Shown: positions 12,592 through 26,901 of the stretch, one piece after another | How the letters are laid out: the number at the start of each line of letters is the position of its first letter | Position numbering within the stretch: position 1 is the first letter of the stretch | Assembly (NCBI RefSeq): GCF_964355755.1 | Contig: NC_092672.1 | Coordinates: forward strand, 620,001-684,000 | Length of the DNA: 64,000 nt | Source of the DNA: Antedon mediterranea | Taxonomy: Eukaryota; Animalia; Echinodermata | Direction of reading: 5' to 3' | Program-made: the position numbers and the translations under genes | Notes under the pieces: generated by a model | The model's input: only the letters and a program-made list of their open reading frames with translations | Database searches by the model: none | Told to the model about the DNA's origin: nothing

Positions 12592-14107
12592 TATTTTTGG
12601 AGAGACACACCTTACCGGTGACAGCGTTTGTTTAATGCTTTTGTCTTTCCTCGGCCTCGTGTCTTGTTTTTCATATATATATATATATTTTTATGTTTTT
12701 TTTGTAATTATTATTTTATGTTTATTGCCGAAATGAATAAAATAAATAAAAATAAAATAATCCGCTGCCTAGTCATGGAATTTGTGGCGTAACGGGTAAT
12801 GCTTAATTTTGAGTTCTCTCAGCCCTGGGTTCGAACCTCTACAGATTTTTTTTTATTGGAAAATGAATAATAAGCCTGTTGTTTTTCTTTTATTTTGAAA
12901 GAGAGATATTTAGATAGTTGAAATGTAATTTTGTAAAATCAGAAACAAAGTTGGATGGCATTCATTTTTCCATTAAATAGACTACCATAAAACCTCGAAA
13001 AAAGAAGCCGATTTTTTAGTACTCTTTGGTGGGCTTCTTTTCAACTTCTTTTCTTGAATTTCTAATAAAGATTAACAAATAAAAATGTAACAGTGTAGCA
13101 TGTTGACCGCGAATGACTAACAATACCATCTACCCCATTACACCTGAACACAAACTCATTTGCATAACAACGCACGGCATACCAAACTGTTTAAAATAGA
13201 GCTGAAAGGTACGGGTCACCGGAAATGACACCAGCTATATTTTGGAACAAAATATATGAGTCTTCTGTACCCCTACCATGCTTGAGGCTGAACAAAGACA
13301 ATTTTGAAAAATATAGAGCTGATGGGTTCCCGCTCGAAATGGCACTTTCCATGATTTGAAATTATATGAAACAAATAATTATATAAGACACATGGGCATC
13401 TTTATAATGTTCATGTGATCTCATCAGTCCTCCATTAACCAGCCCCATATTTAAAAATGCAGACAAACTGTCTGTTTAAATATTTATTCTGGGACGATCC
13501 GGCCATATACGCCAACTACCATAAACTTTTATTCATAACATATAATAGTACAACCGGACCGGGAGTACAACACAATATCTTGATATTTCCCTGCACAAAC
13601 TCATTTGCATGACGAAATCGTTTATGATGGGACAAAAATGTGGCATCTTGAATTGCCGGATTGGGAATTTCTTGTAATTTTGTCTGGCAACCTTTTCAAA
13701 ATGGCGACGAAGCCTCGCACGACAAGAAAGAGCGAGCTATATTTCCTATACCATCCTGGCTAGTTGAGAATTCTCAACTATTTTATGTTTTTTTCTACCT
13801 TTCTGGAAAATGATATAATCCAAATTGTATTAATACTACCAGTAGTAAACATTTAGAAACACTTGCATACATTCACTAATTTTAGTTGTTTGTAGTTTAA
13901 GACAATCTTCGTGACATTTAAATGAAAACAATACGATAAAAACTATTGTGTCTGTATTTTACAAGACTATGACTTCCGTATAACGTGCATTGTGGGTACT
14001 TCAATTTTTATAGAAAAGCTAGGGAATCCTAATTTAGTAGGCAGCATATGGGGGCGGGGCAACCAAACTTGCTTATCAAATCAAAGCACAGTAAAGCAAA
14101 GGATAAA

Positions 14108-17100
14108 ATTAATGTACGATCCAGTTTACCACTGTTCTCAACTATAGTCATTTTAGTATACTTGAGCACAGTGATAAAGAATAGGATAAACTTAACAATA
14201 TACAACAAATAGCATTAATGTACGATCCAGTTTAACACTGTTCTCAACTATAGTCATTTTGGTATACTTGAGCACAGTGATAAAGAATAGGATAAACTTA
14301 ACAATATACAACAAAAAACATTAATGTACGATGTAGTTTAACACTGTTCTCAACTATAGTCATTTTGGTATACTTGAGAACAGTGATAAAGAATAGGATA
14401 AACTTAACAATATACAACAAATAACATTAATGTACGATCCCGTTTAACACTGTTCTCAACTATAGTCATTTTGGTATACTTGAGCACAGTGATAAAGAAT
14501 AGGATAAACTTAACAATATACAACAAATAACATTAATGTATGATCCCGTTTAACACTGTTCTCAACTATAGTCATTTTGGTATACTTGAGCACAGTGATA
14601 AAGAATAGGATAAACTTAATAATATACAACAAATAACATTAATGTACGATCCAGTTTAACACTGTTCTCAACTATAGTCATTTTGGTATACTTGAGCACA
14701 GTGATAAAGAATAGGATAAACTTAACAATATACAACAAATAACATTAATGTACGATCCAGTTTAACACTGTTCTCAACTATAGTCATTTTGGTATACTTG
14801 AGAACAGTGATAAAGAATAGGATAAACTTAACAATATACAACAAATAACATTAATGTATGATCCCGTTTAACACTGTTCTCAACTATAGTCATTTTGGTA
14901 TACTTGAGCACAGTGATAAAGAATAGGATAAACTTAACAATATACAACAAATAACATTAATGTACGATGCCGTTTAACACTGTTCTCAACTATAGTCATT
15001 TTGGTATACTTAAGCTACAGTGATAAAGAATAGGATAAACTTAACAATATACAACAAAAAACATTAATGTACGATCCAGTTTAACACTGTTCTCAACTAT
15101 AGTCATTTTGGTATACTTGAGAACAGTGATAAAGAATAGGATAAACTTAACAATATACAACAAATAACATTAATGTATGATCCCGTTTAACACTGTTCTC
15201 AACTATAGTCATTTTGGTATACTTGAGAACAGTGATAAAGAATAGGATAAACTTAACAATATACAACAAATAACATTAATGTACGATCCCGTTTAACACT
15301 GTTCTCAACTATAGTCATTTTGGTATACTTAAGCTACAGTGATAAAGAATAGGATAAACTTAATAATATACAACAAATAACATTAATGTACGATCCCGTT
15401 TAACACTGTTCTCAACTATAGTCATTTTGGTATACTTGAGCACATTGATAAAGAATAGGATAAACTTAATAATATACAACAAATAGCATTAATGTACGAT
15501 CCCGTTTAACACTGTTCTCAACTATAGTCATTTTGGTATACTTGAGCACAGTGATAAAGAATAGGATAAACTTAACAATATACAACAAATAACATTAATG
15601 TACGATCCAGTTTAACACTGTTCTCAACTATAGTCATTTTGGCATACTTGAGCACAGTGATAAAGAATAGGATAAACTTAATAATATACAACAAATAGCA
15701 TTAATGTACGATCCCGTTTAATACTGTTCTCAACTATAGTCATTTTGGTATACTTGAACACAGTGATAAAGAATAGGATAAACTTAATAATATACAACAA
15801 ATAACATTAATGTACGATCCAGTTTAACACTGTTCTCAACTATAGTCATTTTGGTATACTTAAGCTACAGTGATAAAGAATAGGATAAACTTAATAATAT
15901 ACAACAAAAAACATTAATGTACGATCCCGTTTAACACTGTTCTCAACTATAGTCATTTTGGTATACTTGAGCACAGTGATAAAGAATAGGATAAACTTAA
16001 CAATAAACAACAAATAACATTAATGTACGATCCAGTTTAACCCTGTTCTAAATTATAGTCATTTTGGTATACTTGAGCACAGTGATAAAGAATAGGATAA
16101 ACTTAACAATATACAACAAATAACATTAATGTACGATCCAGTTTAACACTGTTCTCAACTATAGTCATTTTGGCATACTTGAGCACAGTGATAAAGAATA
16201 GGATAAACTTAATAATATACAACAAATAGCATTAATGTACGATCCCGTTTAACACTGTTCTCAACTATAGTCATTTTGGTATACTTGAACACAGTGATAA
16301 AGAATAGGATAAACTTAATAATATACAACAAATAACATTAATGTACGATCCAGTTTAACACTGTTCTCAACTATAGTCATTTTGGTATACTTAAGCTACA
16401 GTGATAAAGAATAGGATAAACTTAATAATATACAACAAAAAACATTAATGTACGATCCCGTTTAACACTGTTCTCAACTATAGTCATTTTGGTATACTTG
16501 AGCACAGTGATAAAGAATAGGATAAACTTAACAATAAACAACAAATAACATTAATGTACGATCCAGTTTAACCCTGTTCTAAATTATAGTCATTTTGGTA
16601 TATTTGAGCACAGTGATAAAGAATAGGATAAACTTCGAATAAACAGAAAATAACATTAATGTACGATGCCGTTTAATACTGTTTTAAACTACAGTCATTT
16701 GAGTATAATATTAATCACAGATAAAGAATAAGATCAACTTTAATACTATTTATTAAATTAAAAAAACTAATTCTATATTAACACATATTATTTAAATATA
16801 CTTTCACTGCTGATTTCTAGTATAAACAGGCCATAGGCCTATACATGGCTGCAGTCGCGTCCTCAAATTTGAGTTGGTGTTTACCGACCGACCGACATAG
16901 TGAGCTGTAGAGTCGCGTTTGCACGCTACTAAAAAGTTCACAAAAACCGTAAGACGGGCACAGGGGAGTTTGTTCGAAACTCCAACCCCTCCCCTGGCTA
17001 TGCGTTTAGATTTTTCATGCCTCTTTTACAAACCAAGATTATTAGAATACTATTAGGAGGATCAAACACAATTCTTGTTGCCAGATTTCATTGACATTAC

Positions 17101-17612
17101 AGGTATGAAGTATATCATATCATTAATGTACGATCCAGTTTAACACTGTTCTCAACTATAGTCATTTTGGTATACTTGAGCACAGTGATAAAGAATAGGA
17201 TAAACTTAATAATATACAACAAAAAACATTAATGTACGATCCAGTTTAACACTGTTCTCAACTATAGTCATTTTGGTATACTTGAGCACAGTGATAAAGA
17301 ATAGGATAAACTTAACAATATACAACAAAAAACATTAATGTACGATCCCGTTTACCACTGTTCTCGACTATAATCATTTTGGTATACTTGAGCACAGTGA
17401 TAAAGAATAGCATAAACTTAATAATATACAACAAATAACATTAATGTACGATCCAGTTTACCACTGTTCTAAACTAAAGTCATTTTGGTATACTTGAGAA
17501 CAGTGATAAAGAATAGGATAAACTTAACAATATACAACACAAAACATTAATGTACGATCCAGTTTAACACTGTTCTCAACTATAGTCATTTTGGTATACT
17601 TGAGCACAGTGA
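14108..17612. repeat. 106-bp satellite in two blocks (14108-16740, about 25 copies; 17121-17612, about 4.5 copies)
   Basis: Unit CATTAATGTACGATCCAGTTTAACACTGTTCTCAAC...; unit starts at 14213, 14319 and 14425. Confidence 0.97.
16823..16935 (-). mobile_element. Very short Helentron-associated (HINE/DINE-1-like) element
   Basis: Minus strand TTTTTAGTAGCGTGCAAACGCGACTCTA..(GTCG)n..ACGCGACT plus a terminal GCCAT..ATGGC hairpin; same termini as 19334-19957. Confidence 0.65.
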
Positions 17613-18289
17613 AACGAAAGCTTAATTATTGTCTGATATCGGGAATTGTATTAATACCTAGACCTATTCTGCAAGTATTTAACAAAATAATGTAAAATAA
17701 ATCTTAAATTAGATTGTAAATAAAATAGAGTAGGCCTAGGCCTAGCTAGGGCCTAGGCCTACTACTACACTAGGCCTAGGCCTACTAGAGGCCTACTAGC
17801 CTAGGCCTAAAAGGCTAAGCTAGGCTATATAGGCCTAGGCCTACTACTAGGCTCTAGCCGCGCCTACTAGATAGCTAGTATATACTGTAGTAGTAGGCCC
17901 TAGCTAGAGCTCTACCTAGCTAGGCCGGCCTAGCTAGGGCCTGCCCCCTGCTGGCTGCTAGAGCCTAGCCTGCTATCCCATCTACCCAGATTTAATTCAA
18001 AAATCTATTTATTATTATACCTGCTGTCTGTAGTCTAGTAGGCCTTATCTTAGACTTAGAGTAGTAATAGCCTGCCTAGTATTAATTGTATTATTTTTGA
18101 TGTATTTTTTTTCTGTTTTTTTTAATTTTTTTTTATTTAACCATAATTAATGAGGGTGATCCATCCAGCTGTTGCTGATCATTAGGGACCCTCAGAGGTT
18201 CACAAGACAAACATATACACTAGATGCTCTACATAAACAAAGTCTTAATACAGTATTACAAGTCTTTGGGAGTGGAGTAATTTGGTCCT

Positions 18290-18382
18290 TAGAAAAAATC
18301 CTGACATGTAACGGGAGTGGACTTGAACCCAGGACCCTTGGAGTGGTAGACAAGCATCATAACCACCAAGCCACAACTCCAC
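18290..18382 (-). mobile_element. tRNA-derived SINE-like fragment
   Basis: A-box TGGCTTGGTGG and B-box GGTTCAAGTCC at tRNA spacing, followed by a T-run; no intact cloverleaf. A similar decayed copy is at about 12784-12852 (+). Confidence 0.55.
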
Positions 18383-18422
18383 TGTTGTTGAACTAAATAA
18401 ACACACTTTTTGATTGCAGAAA

Positions 18423-21400
18423 ATGTCGAAAAGAAAAGCTGTGGAGGGTGAAGAGCCCGAGTTGGGGTCATTTTCAGACCATTCTAAACGGAAGGTTAGG
18501 TTTAATGAAAAGGAAGAAAGCAGTAAAGATGAGAAAACAAGTCGCTTCAATACTAAACACTCACTAGATAGTGATGAAGAAGATAATACAGCTGACCCTT
18601 CAACTTATAACATTGAGGAAGGGGATCTTGTAGAAGGTGTGTATGTTTAATGTATGAGTAGTAGTTTCTTATTCACGAAAAATACATTAAATTAAACATT
18701 TAAAGACCCCTTCCCTGCAATTTTGGACGTTTTTTGGAAAATAATACATATATATCATTTTAAAAACATTAAACCATGTCATTCCTTGTCTTAAATGTAC
18801 GTTTTATGGTAAATTATGATAAAAAGTTAGAAACAATGCACTACCTAAGTAGCTCGCGGCGATCGACCTCTAGCTAGGCTTAGTTTTGTAGGCCTAGCTG
18901 GTAAACATCGGTAACGTATGAACATCGTACGCTACCTATATACCTAGCCTGACGTTGTATAGTTGCTGCATTAATTGTCTTTCTATTTTTGCCAGACTCC
19001 GTTGATACAAATTGGGGAAAACCCGGTATTTTCGCTGAAAAGTTAGGAGTCTTCCATTTGTTTTGGCCTCACGATCGATCGAAAAGTGAGCGAATTACAG
19101 GTGAAAAACAAAAATATCAATCCGCGCGCAATGCATTTTGGGATTTATAGCGGGCCGCTATAATTATTAGAATCGACTTATTTTTCACATTTTTAACCGT
19201 TTAAAGACAAAAAAAGTTATCGCAATAGGATCATATAGTATTATTTTTACATTAAATATAGTTTGTGATCTTAAATTAGATCTAAAAAACGTAGGGAATG
19301 GGGCTTTAACAACTTTAATTACTCTTGAAACTCTTTTTAGTCGCGTGGACGCGACTCTATAGTTCACTAGGTCGCGGTATCACTATGCGTTTTATCGCTT
19401 TCTGACCTTATCTCGATATCAGTTTAATCTAGCTAAGTCAATTTTTCACAGTATATTCCTTATGGCCAGGAATCAATGTGGTTATGTTTTCACGGTGCGC
19501 AATAAACAATTACGCGGTCTACGCACGATTTAACGAAATCACGTTTGTAATCATATCTTCACAACCATGAATCACAATTAAATAAAATTTGGTACTCATA
19601 AATTTCAGGGCATAAATCATCATATGGCAATACAATTACGTGCGTAACGCATGCGTACGCGCGCTTAAAATTTTCAAAATTTGTTTTCGATGAAATAAGA
19701 CTACGTTTCAGGCAATTTTAAGCGTTTACAAAATTTCCATGAGTGCGCAGATTTTTGCGCGCGCACTGCGCGTTAAATGTTGTTGCGTACTCTTTTTGCC
19801 CGATTTCTGTTTTCTTGACTTAAAAAAATATAAATGTTTTTAAACATTTCAACATTTTTAAACATGTTCAGTAATTTCGGTCAGTTGGTAGGTTAGTCGG
19901 TCGGTCGGTAAACACTAATGAGCACGCGACTGGAGCCATCTATATGGCCTTGTTTTTTCAAAACGTTAACGCACAACTAAAAAAGTTTATCACAATAAAA
20001 TAAAATTGGTTAAACATCTATAAATATACAACTATATACTGTATTACAAAACAACTTTGAAAAATACAATTACAATTACAATGTTACATTATTTTAGTTA
20101 TATTTTTCTAGTAGCATGCGGCCTGTACATTTTTAGGTACAGTAATTGATTCCATTCAATAACTCCTTAATAGGAAATACCATACTTTTTCTATAGTAAG
20201 TTGTTTCAGTGAATAAGTGTTTCTTTTTTGACAGGTTGTGAGGACAGAACATTGGAGAGTGAAGGAGGAATGAAACTAACTCCTTTCAACCTGAAAGAGG
20301 AAATGCAGGACGGATACTTTGACAAAGAAGGAAATTATTTTGAGAAGAAAGATGATGAAATCAAGGACAGCTGGATGGATGAAATAGATTGGGTGAAGGT
20401 AAAAGTGAAAGAAAGTTTGAGAAAAGATGAGAAGGACGAATCCAGTATGGTAGGGGATGAACCTGTAAATGAGCTTAATATTCTCAATAACATTTTGCCT
20501 TTTCTTAAACCGGGTGAAACGATTTCAAAAGCAGTTCGTCGGTTAGGAGGAGGAAAACAGACAAAAAACAGACCATGGGAAAAAAAGAAAAACAGTGGTA
20601 AGGCAGCAGCAGCCAATGAGAATGTAAATAAGGATGACATGTTAAAACTGACTGAGCATGTTGATGAACTTGTCGCCAATGGCAACTATGAAGTGTATCA
20701 ATACACTTATGAAAAAATTACACATTTACTTGAAGAACAGAAACGCAAAGAAGTGAAGAAAAAAGCAGATGCATTTGACATGTTCTCCGACAATGTTGAT
20801 GAAGAAAAATTGAACACAAATAATCAAGATGGTAATCATTATTTTATTTTTGTTGTTAAAGATGACCAAAATTATTTATGTATGCGAAAAACAACAAAAT
20901 AAAAATTTGAATATTTTATATTCAATTTTATATTTACATTATGTCTACTATATCAATTCTATAAATAGTTTTAAGCAACAATTGTGATGTACAGTATTTT
21001 TTAATCCTTTTATGTCTCAGACTTATCTTTTGTGTTTTTTCTATATGAATGTTTTTTATGGATGTTTTTATATGATTTTAATGAGGAGCAGAGTCTTAAA
21101 TTTTATATTAATTATGTCTATAATATATTGATATTATAACTTTTGTGTCTTTTGTGTTTTTTCTATGTTAATATTTTTTATGGATGTTTTTAATGAGGAG
21201 CTGAGTCTTACATTTTATATTAATTTTGTCTATGTCTATGATATATCATTTTTATCATATAATAAAGTAATAATATGTAAACATCTTTTATTAAATTTCT
21301 AGATTCAAACGAAAAGAAAAATCAATTGAGTGTGGATGAAGTTTACTGGGAGTACCGATGGGAAGACAAAGAGGGCGCTGCGATCCACGGACCATTCACT

Positions 21401-21523
21401 AGTACCCAAATGCAAGAATGGGTCGATAAAGACTATTTTCCCGACGGTGTTTTAGTTAGAAAGGTTAACTCTGGAGCTAATTTCTACACATCTAAGAGAA
21501 TAGACTTTGACTTGTATACATAG
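18423..21523 (+). CDS. CD2BP2: CD2 antigen cytoplasmic tail-binding protein 2 (U5-52K / Snu40 / Lin1)
   Basis: Exons 18423-18636, 20235-20831 and 21303-21523. Motifs [26 protein letters not shown] and LKPGETI..AVRRLG, plus a C-terminal GYF domain [31 protein letters not shown]. Confidence 0.96.
18704..19305. mobile_element. Kolobok-like non-autonomous DNA transposon in CD2BP2 intron
   Basis: TTAA on both flanks, AG...CT termini, imperfect TIR AGACCCCTTCCCTGC / GTAGGGAATGGGGCT; second copy at 9651. Confidence 0.75.
19334..19957 (+). mobile_element. Helentron-associated (HINE/DINE-1-like) element
   Basis: 5' TTTTTAGTCGCGTGGACGCGACT, GGTC microsatellite, 3' sub-terminal inverted repeat CACGCGACT, stem-loop GCCAT..ATGGC, and T-run flanks. 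Confidence 0.75.
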
Positions 21524-21946
21524 TTTTTATGATTGAGTGTGTGGGAACAGCAGCAACATATACCAAGGAATTATGATAAACTTAATTTGACAGGTCATTG
21601 AATAGCACTTAAAGCTTGGTTCACACTAGGACTCAAAGCTAAATAGTGTAGCAGCACAAAGCTTGGTTCCCACTAGTAATTTGATTATTTTCTAATATGC
21701 AGTATTTTTTTGTAGAAACATTTTGAAAAAAATAAAAGAATCAACACATTGTATGAGATGTGCAGTAAAAATATAGGTATTATTGCTAAACACAATTTTA
21801 AAATGAAACAATAAAACCTTGTGGAATGATACAAATATTTTTATTTATAATACTGTACAGTAATATACACAATTTTACAAAACAGAAAGACCATACTATA
21901 GCATGGTTAATGTGCAGAGCAATGCATGTTTCAATACATCCAATGT

Positions 21947-24900
21947 TCATTCATTTTCTTTCACCACTGTGCTCTTTTTCTTTCGACTTTTTTTCACCCG
22001 TCCTTCTTTCTCTGCTGCATTCACTGCAGACAGTTTGTCACTCACTTCTTTTATGTGGTTGGCCTGAAATAAGAAATAGAAAACTATTACAATATTACAG
22101 ATTCACTACAAACTACAGTAATGTATAATAAAATATTCAAATAAACAATTTGATAAATTAAGTTATTTTCCATTTTCGCTAATTATTTGTCATATAACAA
22201 TTTACAAATACTGATAAGGTATTATTTAGCTAATCCAAGCTTATCAACTACATGTACGTACTTGACATGATTTCTTTAATAAAAAAAAGTAGAGAAAAAC
22301 AGTAAGCAGGATAACAAAAATAAGTTACATATGCTGTATAATAATACCTGTAGAAAGATATATGAGAGCTGTATTTGGTGAATCTTTTGTACTTACCAGG
22401 GCACCACTTCTCCTGGCCAGTAAGCGGACATCATCTGTATTTATCACAGATCTCTTACCATGCCTGAAAATAAGCCAAATAACACTAACAGTCAATCAAT
22501 CGAACACAAATAATAATCAAACACATTTATTATTTTGTGGCATAACGGAATAGAATGAGTTTAAATACACTTGTTTATGGAGAAGCATAACTTTATGGTG
22601 TCACTGACAACATTTTATGTCATGTTTATGGAGAAGCATAACTTTATGGTGTCACTGACAACATTTTATATCATGTTGGATGTAATATTGATTTATCTGT
22701 CATTTATCTGACCATTGAATGTAATCAGTCTTTAAGAAAAAATGTTTATTTATAATTTTCAGTATATCACCAGGTGATTTAGTTTGTGAATGGTATCAAC
22801 TGAAAGACTAGAAACCGGAGGCAAACAAACTCAGAATTAATGTAATCAGTACTACTATTAAACTTTGTGATTACCTTGCAAATAACTCCAAATCCACAGC
22901 AGCAATTTCTATTAGAAGATAACAAAGTTCAATATATTTAATCTCACTGAAAAAGACAGTCATTGATTCAATTAATTAATTGAATCTCTAACAATTAAGA
23001 GCTAGTTATAGGCCTAGTTATAATTCATTGTATACTTTTTAGTGGTGGTTGGAAGATGTTTGTGTTTCGATGGTTGGTAAAAACAAAAATAACAACTCTC
23101 TGGTAAAAGTCTACAATATTTTTTCATGACAAATAAACAAATTTCTCTCTCGAAAACTCTTCTTATGAGATGATGTAGTTGATCATGGTAGTGCTGTATA
23201 TCTTTGATGTAGTTGATCATGGTAGTGCTGTATGTCTTTGATGTAGTTGATCATGGTATTGCTGTATGTCTTTGATGTAGTTGATCATGGTATTGCTGTA
23301 TGTCTTTGATGTAGTTGATCATGGTATTGCTGTATGTCTTTGATGTAGTTGATCATGGTATTGCTGTATGTCTTTGATGTAGTTGATCATGGTATTGCTG
23401 TATGTCTTTGATGTAGTTGATCATGGTAGTGCTGTATGTCTTTGATGTAGTTGATCATGGTAGTGCTGTATGTCTTTGATGTAGTTGATCATGGTATTGC
23501 TGTATGTCTTTGATGTAGTTGATCATGGTATTGCTGTATGTCTTTGATGTAGTTGATCATGGTAGTGCTGTATATCTTTGATGTAGTTGATCATGGTATT
23601 GCTGTATGTCTTTGATGTAGTTGATCATGGTATTGCTGTATATCTTTGATGTAGTTGATCATGGTATTGCTGTATGTCTTTGATGTAGTTGATCATGGTA
23701 TTGCTGTATGTCTTTGATGTAGTTGATCATGGTATTGCTGTATGTCTTTGATGTAGTTGATCATGGTAGTGCTGTATATCTTTGATGTAGTTGATCATGG
23801 TATTGCTGTATGTCTTTGATGTAGTTGATCATGGTATTGCTGTATGTCTTTGATGTAGTTGATCATGGTATTGCTGTATGTCTTTGATGTAGTTGATCGT
23901 GGTAGTGCTGTATGTCTTTGATGTAGTTGATCATGGTAGTGCTGTATATCTTTGATGTAGTTGATCATGGTATTGCTGTATGTCTTTGATGTAGTTGATC
24001 GTGGTAGTGCTGTATGTCTTTGATGTAGTTGATCATGGTATTGCTGTATGTCTTTGATGTAGTTGATCATGGTAGTGCTGTATGTCTTTGATGTAGTTGA
24101 TCATGGTAGTGCTGTATATCTTTGATGTAGTTGATCATGGTATTGCTGTATGTCTTTGATGTAGTTGATCATGGTAGTGCTGTATGTCTTTGATGTAGTT
24201 GATCATGGTATTGCTGTATGTCTTTGATGTAGTTGATCATGGTATTGCTGTATATCTTTGATGTAGTTGATCATGGTAGTGCTGTATGTCTTTGATGTAG
24301 TTGATCATGGTAGTGCTGTATGTCTTTGATGTAGTTGATCATGGTATTGCTGTATGTCTTTGATGTAGTTGATCATGGTAGTGCTGTATGTCTTTGATGT
24401 AGTTGATCATGGTAGTGCTGTATATCTTTGATGTAGTTGATCATGGTATTGCTGTATGTCTTTGATGTAGTTGATCATGGTAGTGCTGTATGTCTTTGAT
24501 GTAGTTGATCATGGTAGTGCTGTATATCTTTGATGTAGTTGATCATGGTATTGCTGTATGTCTTTGATGTAGTTGATCATGGTAGTGCTGTATGTCTTTG
24601 ATGTAGTTGATCATGGTAGTGCTGTATATCTTTGATGTAGTTGATCATGGTATTGCTGTATGTCTTTGATGTAGTTGATCATGGTAGTGCTGTATGTCTT
24701 TGATGTAGTTGATCATGGTATTGCTGTATGTCTTTGATGTAGTTGATCATGGTATTGCTGTATGTCTTTGATGTAGTTGATCATGGTAGTGCTGTATGTC
24801 TTTGATGTAGTTGATCATGGTAGTGCTGTATGTCTTTGATGTAGTTGATCATGGTATTGCTGTATGTCTTTGATGTAGTTGATCATGGTATTGCTGTATG

Positions 24901-26488
24901 TCTTTGATGTAGTTGATCATGGTATTGCTGTATGTCTTTGATGTAGTTGATCATGGTAGTGCTGTATGTCTTTGATGTAGTTGATCATGGTAGTGCTGTA
25001 TGTCTTTGATGTAGTTGATCATGGTATTGCTGTATGTCTTTGATGTAGTTGATCATGGTATTGCTGTATGTCTTTGATGTAGTTGATCATGGTAGTGCTG
25101 TATGTCTTTGATGTAGTTGATCATGGTATTGCTGTATGTCTTTGATGTAGTTGATCATGGTATTGCTGTATGTCTTTGATGTAGTTGATCATGGTATTGC
25201 TGTATGTCTTTGATGTAGTTGATCATGGTATTGCTGTATGTCTTTGATGTAGTTGATCGTGGTAGTGCTGTATGTCTTTGATGTAGTTGATCATGGTATT
25301 GCTGTATGTCTTTGATGTAGTTGATCATGGTAGTGCTGTATGTCTTTGATGTAGTTGATCATGGTAGTGCTGTATGTCTTTGATGTAGTTGATCATGGTA
25401 TTGCTGTATGTCTTTGATGTAGTTGATCATGGTATTGCTGTATGTCTTTGATGTAGTTGATCATGGTATTGCTGTATGTCTTTGATGTAGTTGATCATGG
25501 TAGTGCTGTATGTCTTTGATGTAGTTGATCATGGTAGTGCTGTATGTCTTTGATGTAGTTGATCATGGTATTGCTGTATGTCTTTGATGTAGTTGATCAT
25601 GGTATTGCTGTATGTCTTTGATGTAGTTGATCATGGTAGTGCTGTATGTCTTTGATGTAGTTGATCATGGTATTGCTGTATGTCTTTGATGTAGTTGATC
25701 ATGGTATTGCTGTATGTCTTTGATGTAGTTGATCATGGTATTGCTGTATGTCTTTGATGTAGTTGATCATGGTATTGCTGTATGTCTTTGATGTAGTTGA
25801 TCGTGGTAGTGCTGTATGTCTTTGATGTAGTTGATCATGGTATTGCTGTATGTCTTTGATGTAGTTGATCATGGTATTGCTATGTCTTATGTAATGTAAG
25901 CAATTGTCTATTTATTACATTTGCTATTTATATAACATTTCTCAGCTTCTTACCACATTGACGGAAGGTTGCCTCGGCAAGTGCTGCAATAACTTGCTTC
26001 GAAAATGTAACTTCTATTTCGCGAGATGTCTCCTCGCAAATCTGTCCGACAGTAAAATGTACAGCTGCTTTCAAGCGCTAAATTAAAAAAAAAGGTTACA
26101 ACCAAAATTATTATCATGACATGTGAATGTGATGATGCATAATAACTTACCGTATATTATATAAGGATTAAATAGCTACTGCTTCTTCTGGCTTCAAATT
26201 GAATACAATCAAATCATCCTATATTTGAATGGAATAACCCACTAAGTCTAAGGCTAATCTGTCATATCTCTCATCTCACAACACAGTGTCAACTCCCACC
26301 AGCAGGCCAGACAGTTACTTACTAAATAGTACTGTACTACTCTAGCCTCCATTAACAGGCAGCTAGGCCTAGGTCTGGGCTCTGTTTATTATATATGGCC
26401 TATCTTTATTCTATTATATGAATACAATTTTTGGTAGCTAAATTACCTGAGTATGTGCTAGTTTTTCATATTCATCTTGGGATTCCAT
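21947..26488 (-). CDS. CENPS: Centromere protein S (APITD1/MHF1), histone-fold protein
   Basis: Exons 26447-26488, 25954-26077, 22875-22908, 22397-22463 and 21947-22063 give MESQDEYEKLAHTQRLKAAVHFTVGQICEE..FSKQVIAALAEATFRQCEIAAVDLELFARHGKRSVINTDDVRLLARRS. It is missing from the ORF track because all exons are short. Confidence 0.95.
23172..25885. repeat. 34-bp minisatellite, about 80 copies, in CENP-S intron 2
   Basis: Unit GATGTAGTTGATCATGGTA(T/G)TGCTGTAT(G/A)TCTTT. Confidence 0.98.
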
Positions 26489-26499
26489 ATTAATATAGT

Positions 26500-26901
26500 T
26501 TGGTAGGAAGGAGGAGGACTATTATACAAACGACCCGAGTCGAGAGAAAACAATTTTGTTAACAATAACAATTCAACTTTCGCGCAATTATTAATTTGAG
26601 TAGCTTAGGAGGTACCTTTTTAATGAAATTAATAAGATACATTATGAATTGACTTGTAGTGTAGTACCAAAATAAATAATATTCTGTGAACTAATATTAA
26701 AATGTTTTTAAAACTAGTTTATCTACTTACCTAATTTATGGAATGTTATTTTACATAGCTAAATTTGTTTTCAGCAAGTTAAGTGGGTTAGGACACGGCC
26801 TAGACTATAGGTGGCGCTCAGTAGACAAAGTGTGCAAAAATCTAAAATTTCCGTAGGGCCTAGAGGGAGTGCAAAAGGAAAGTAAAACACGTGTTTACAA
26901 G
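26500..26901. promoter_or_regulatory. Probable bidirectional promoter for CENP-S and mitofusin, with a candidate mitofusin 5' UTR exon
   Basis: The genes are head-to-head. A plus-strand donor ACAAG|GTATTT at about 26902 is only about 400 bp from the CENP-S ATG. Confidence 0.5.

Noticed and set aside
20335-20685. 116-aa antisense ORF
   Set aside because: Shadow frame of the CD2BP2 exon.
23172-25885. CRISPR-like periodicity of 34 bp
   Set aside because: No unique spacers, no cas genes, and a eukaryotic intron context.
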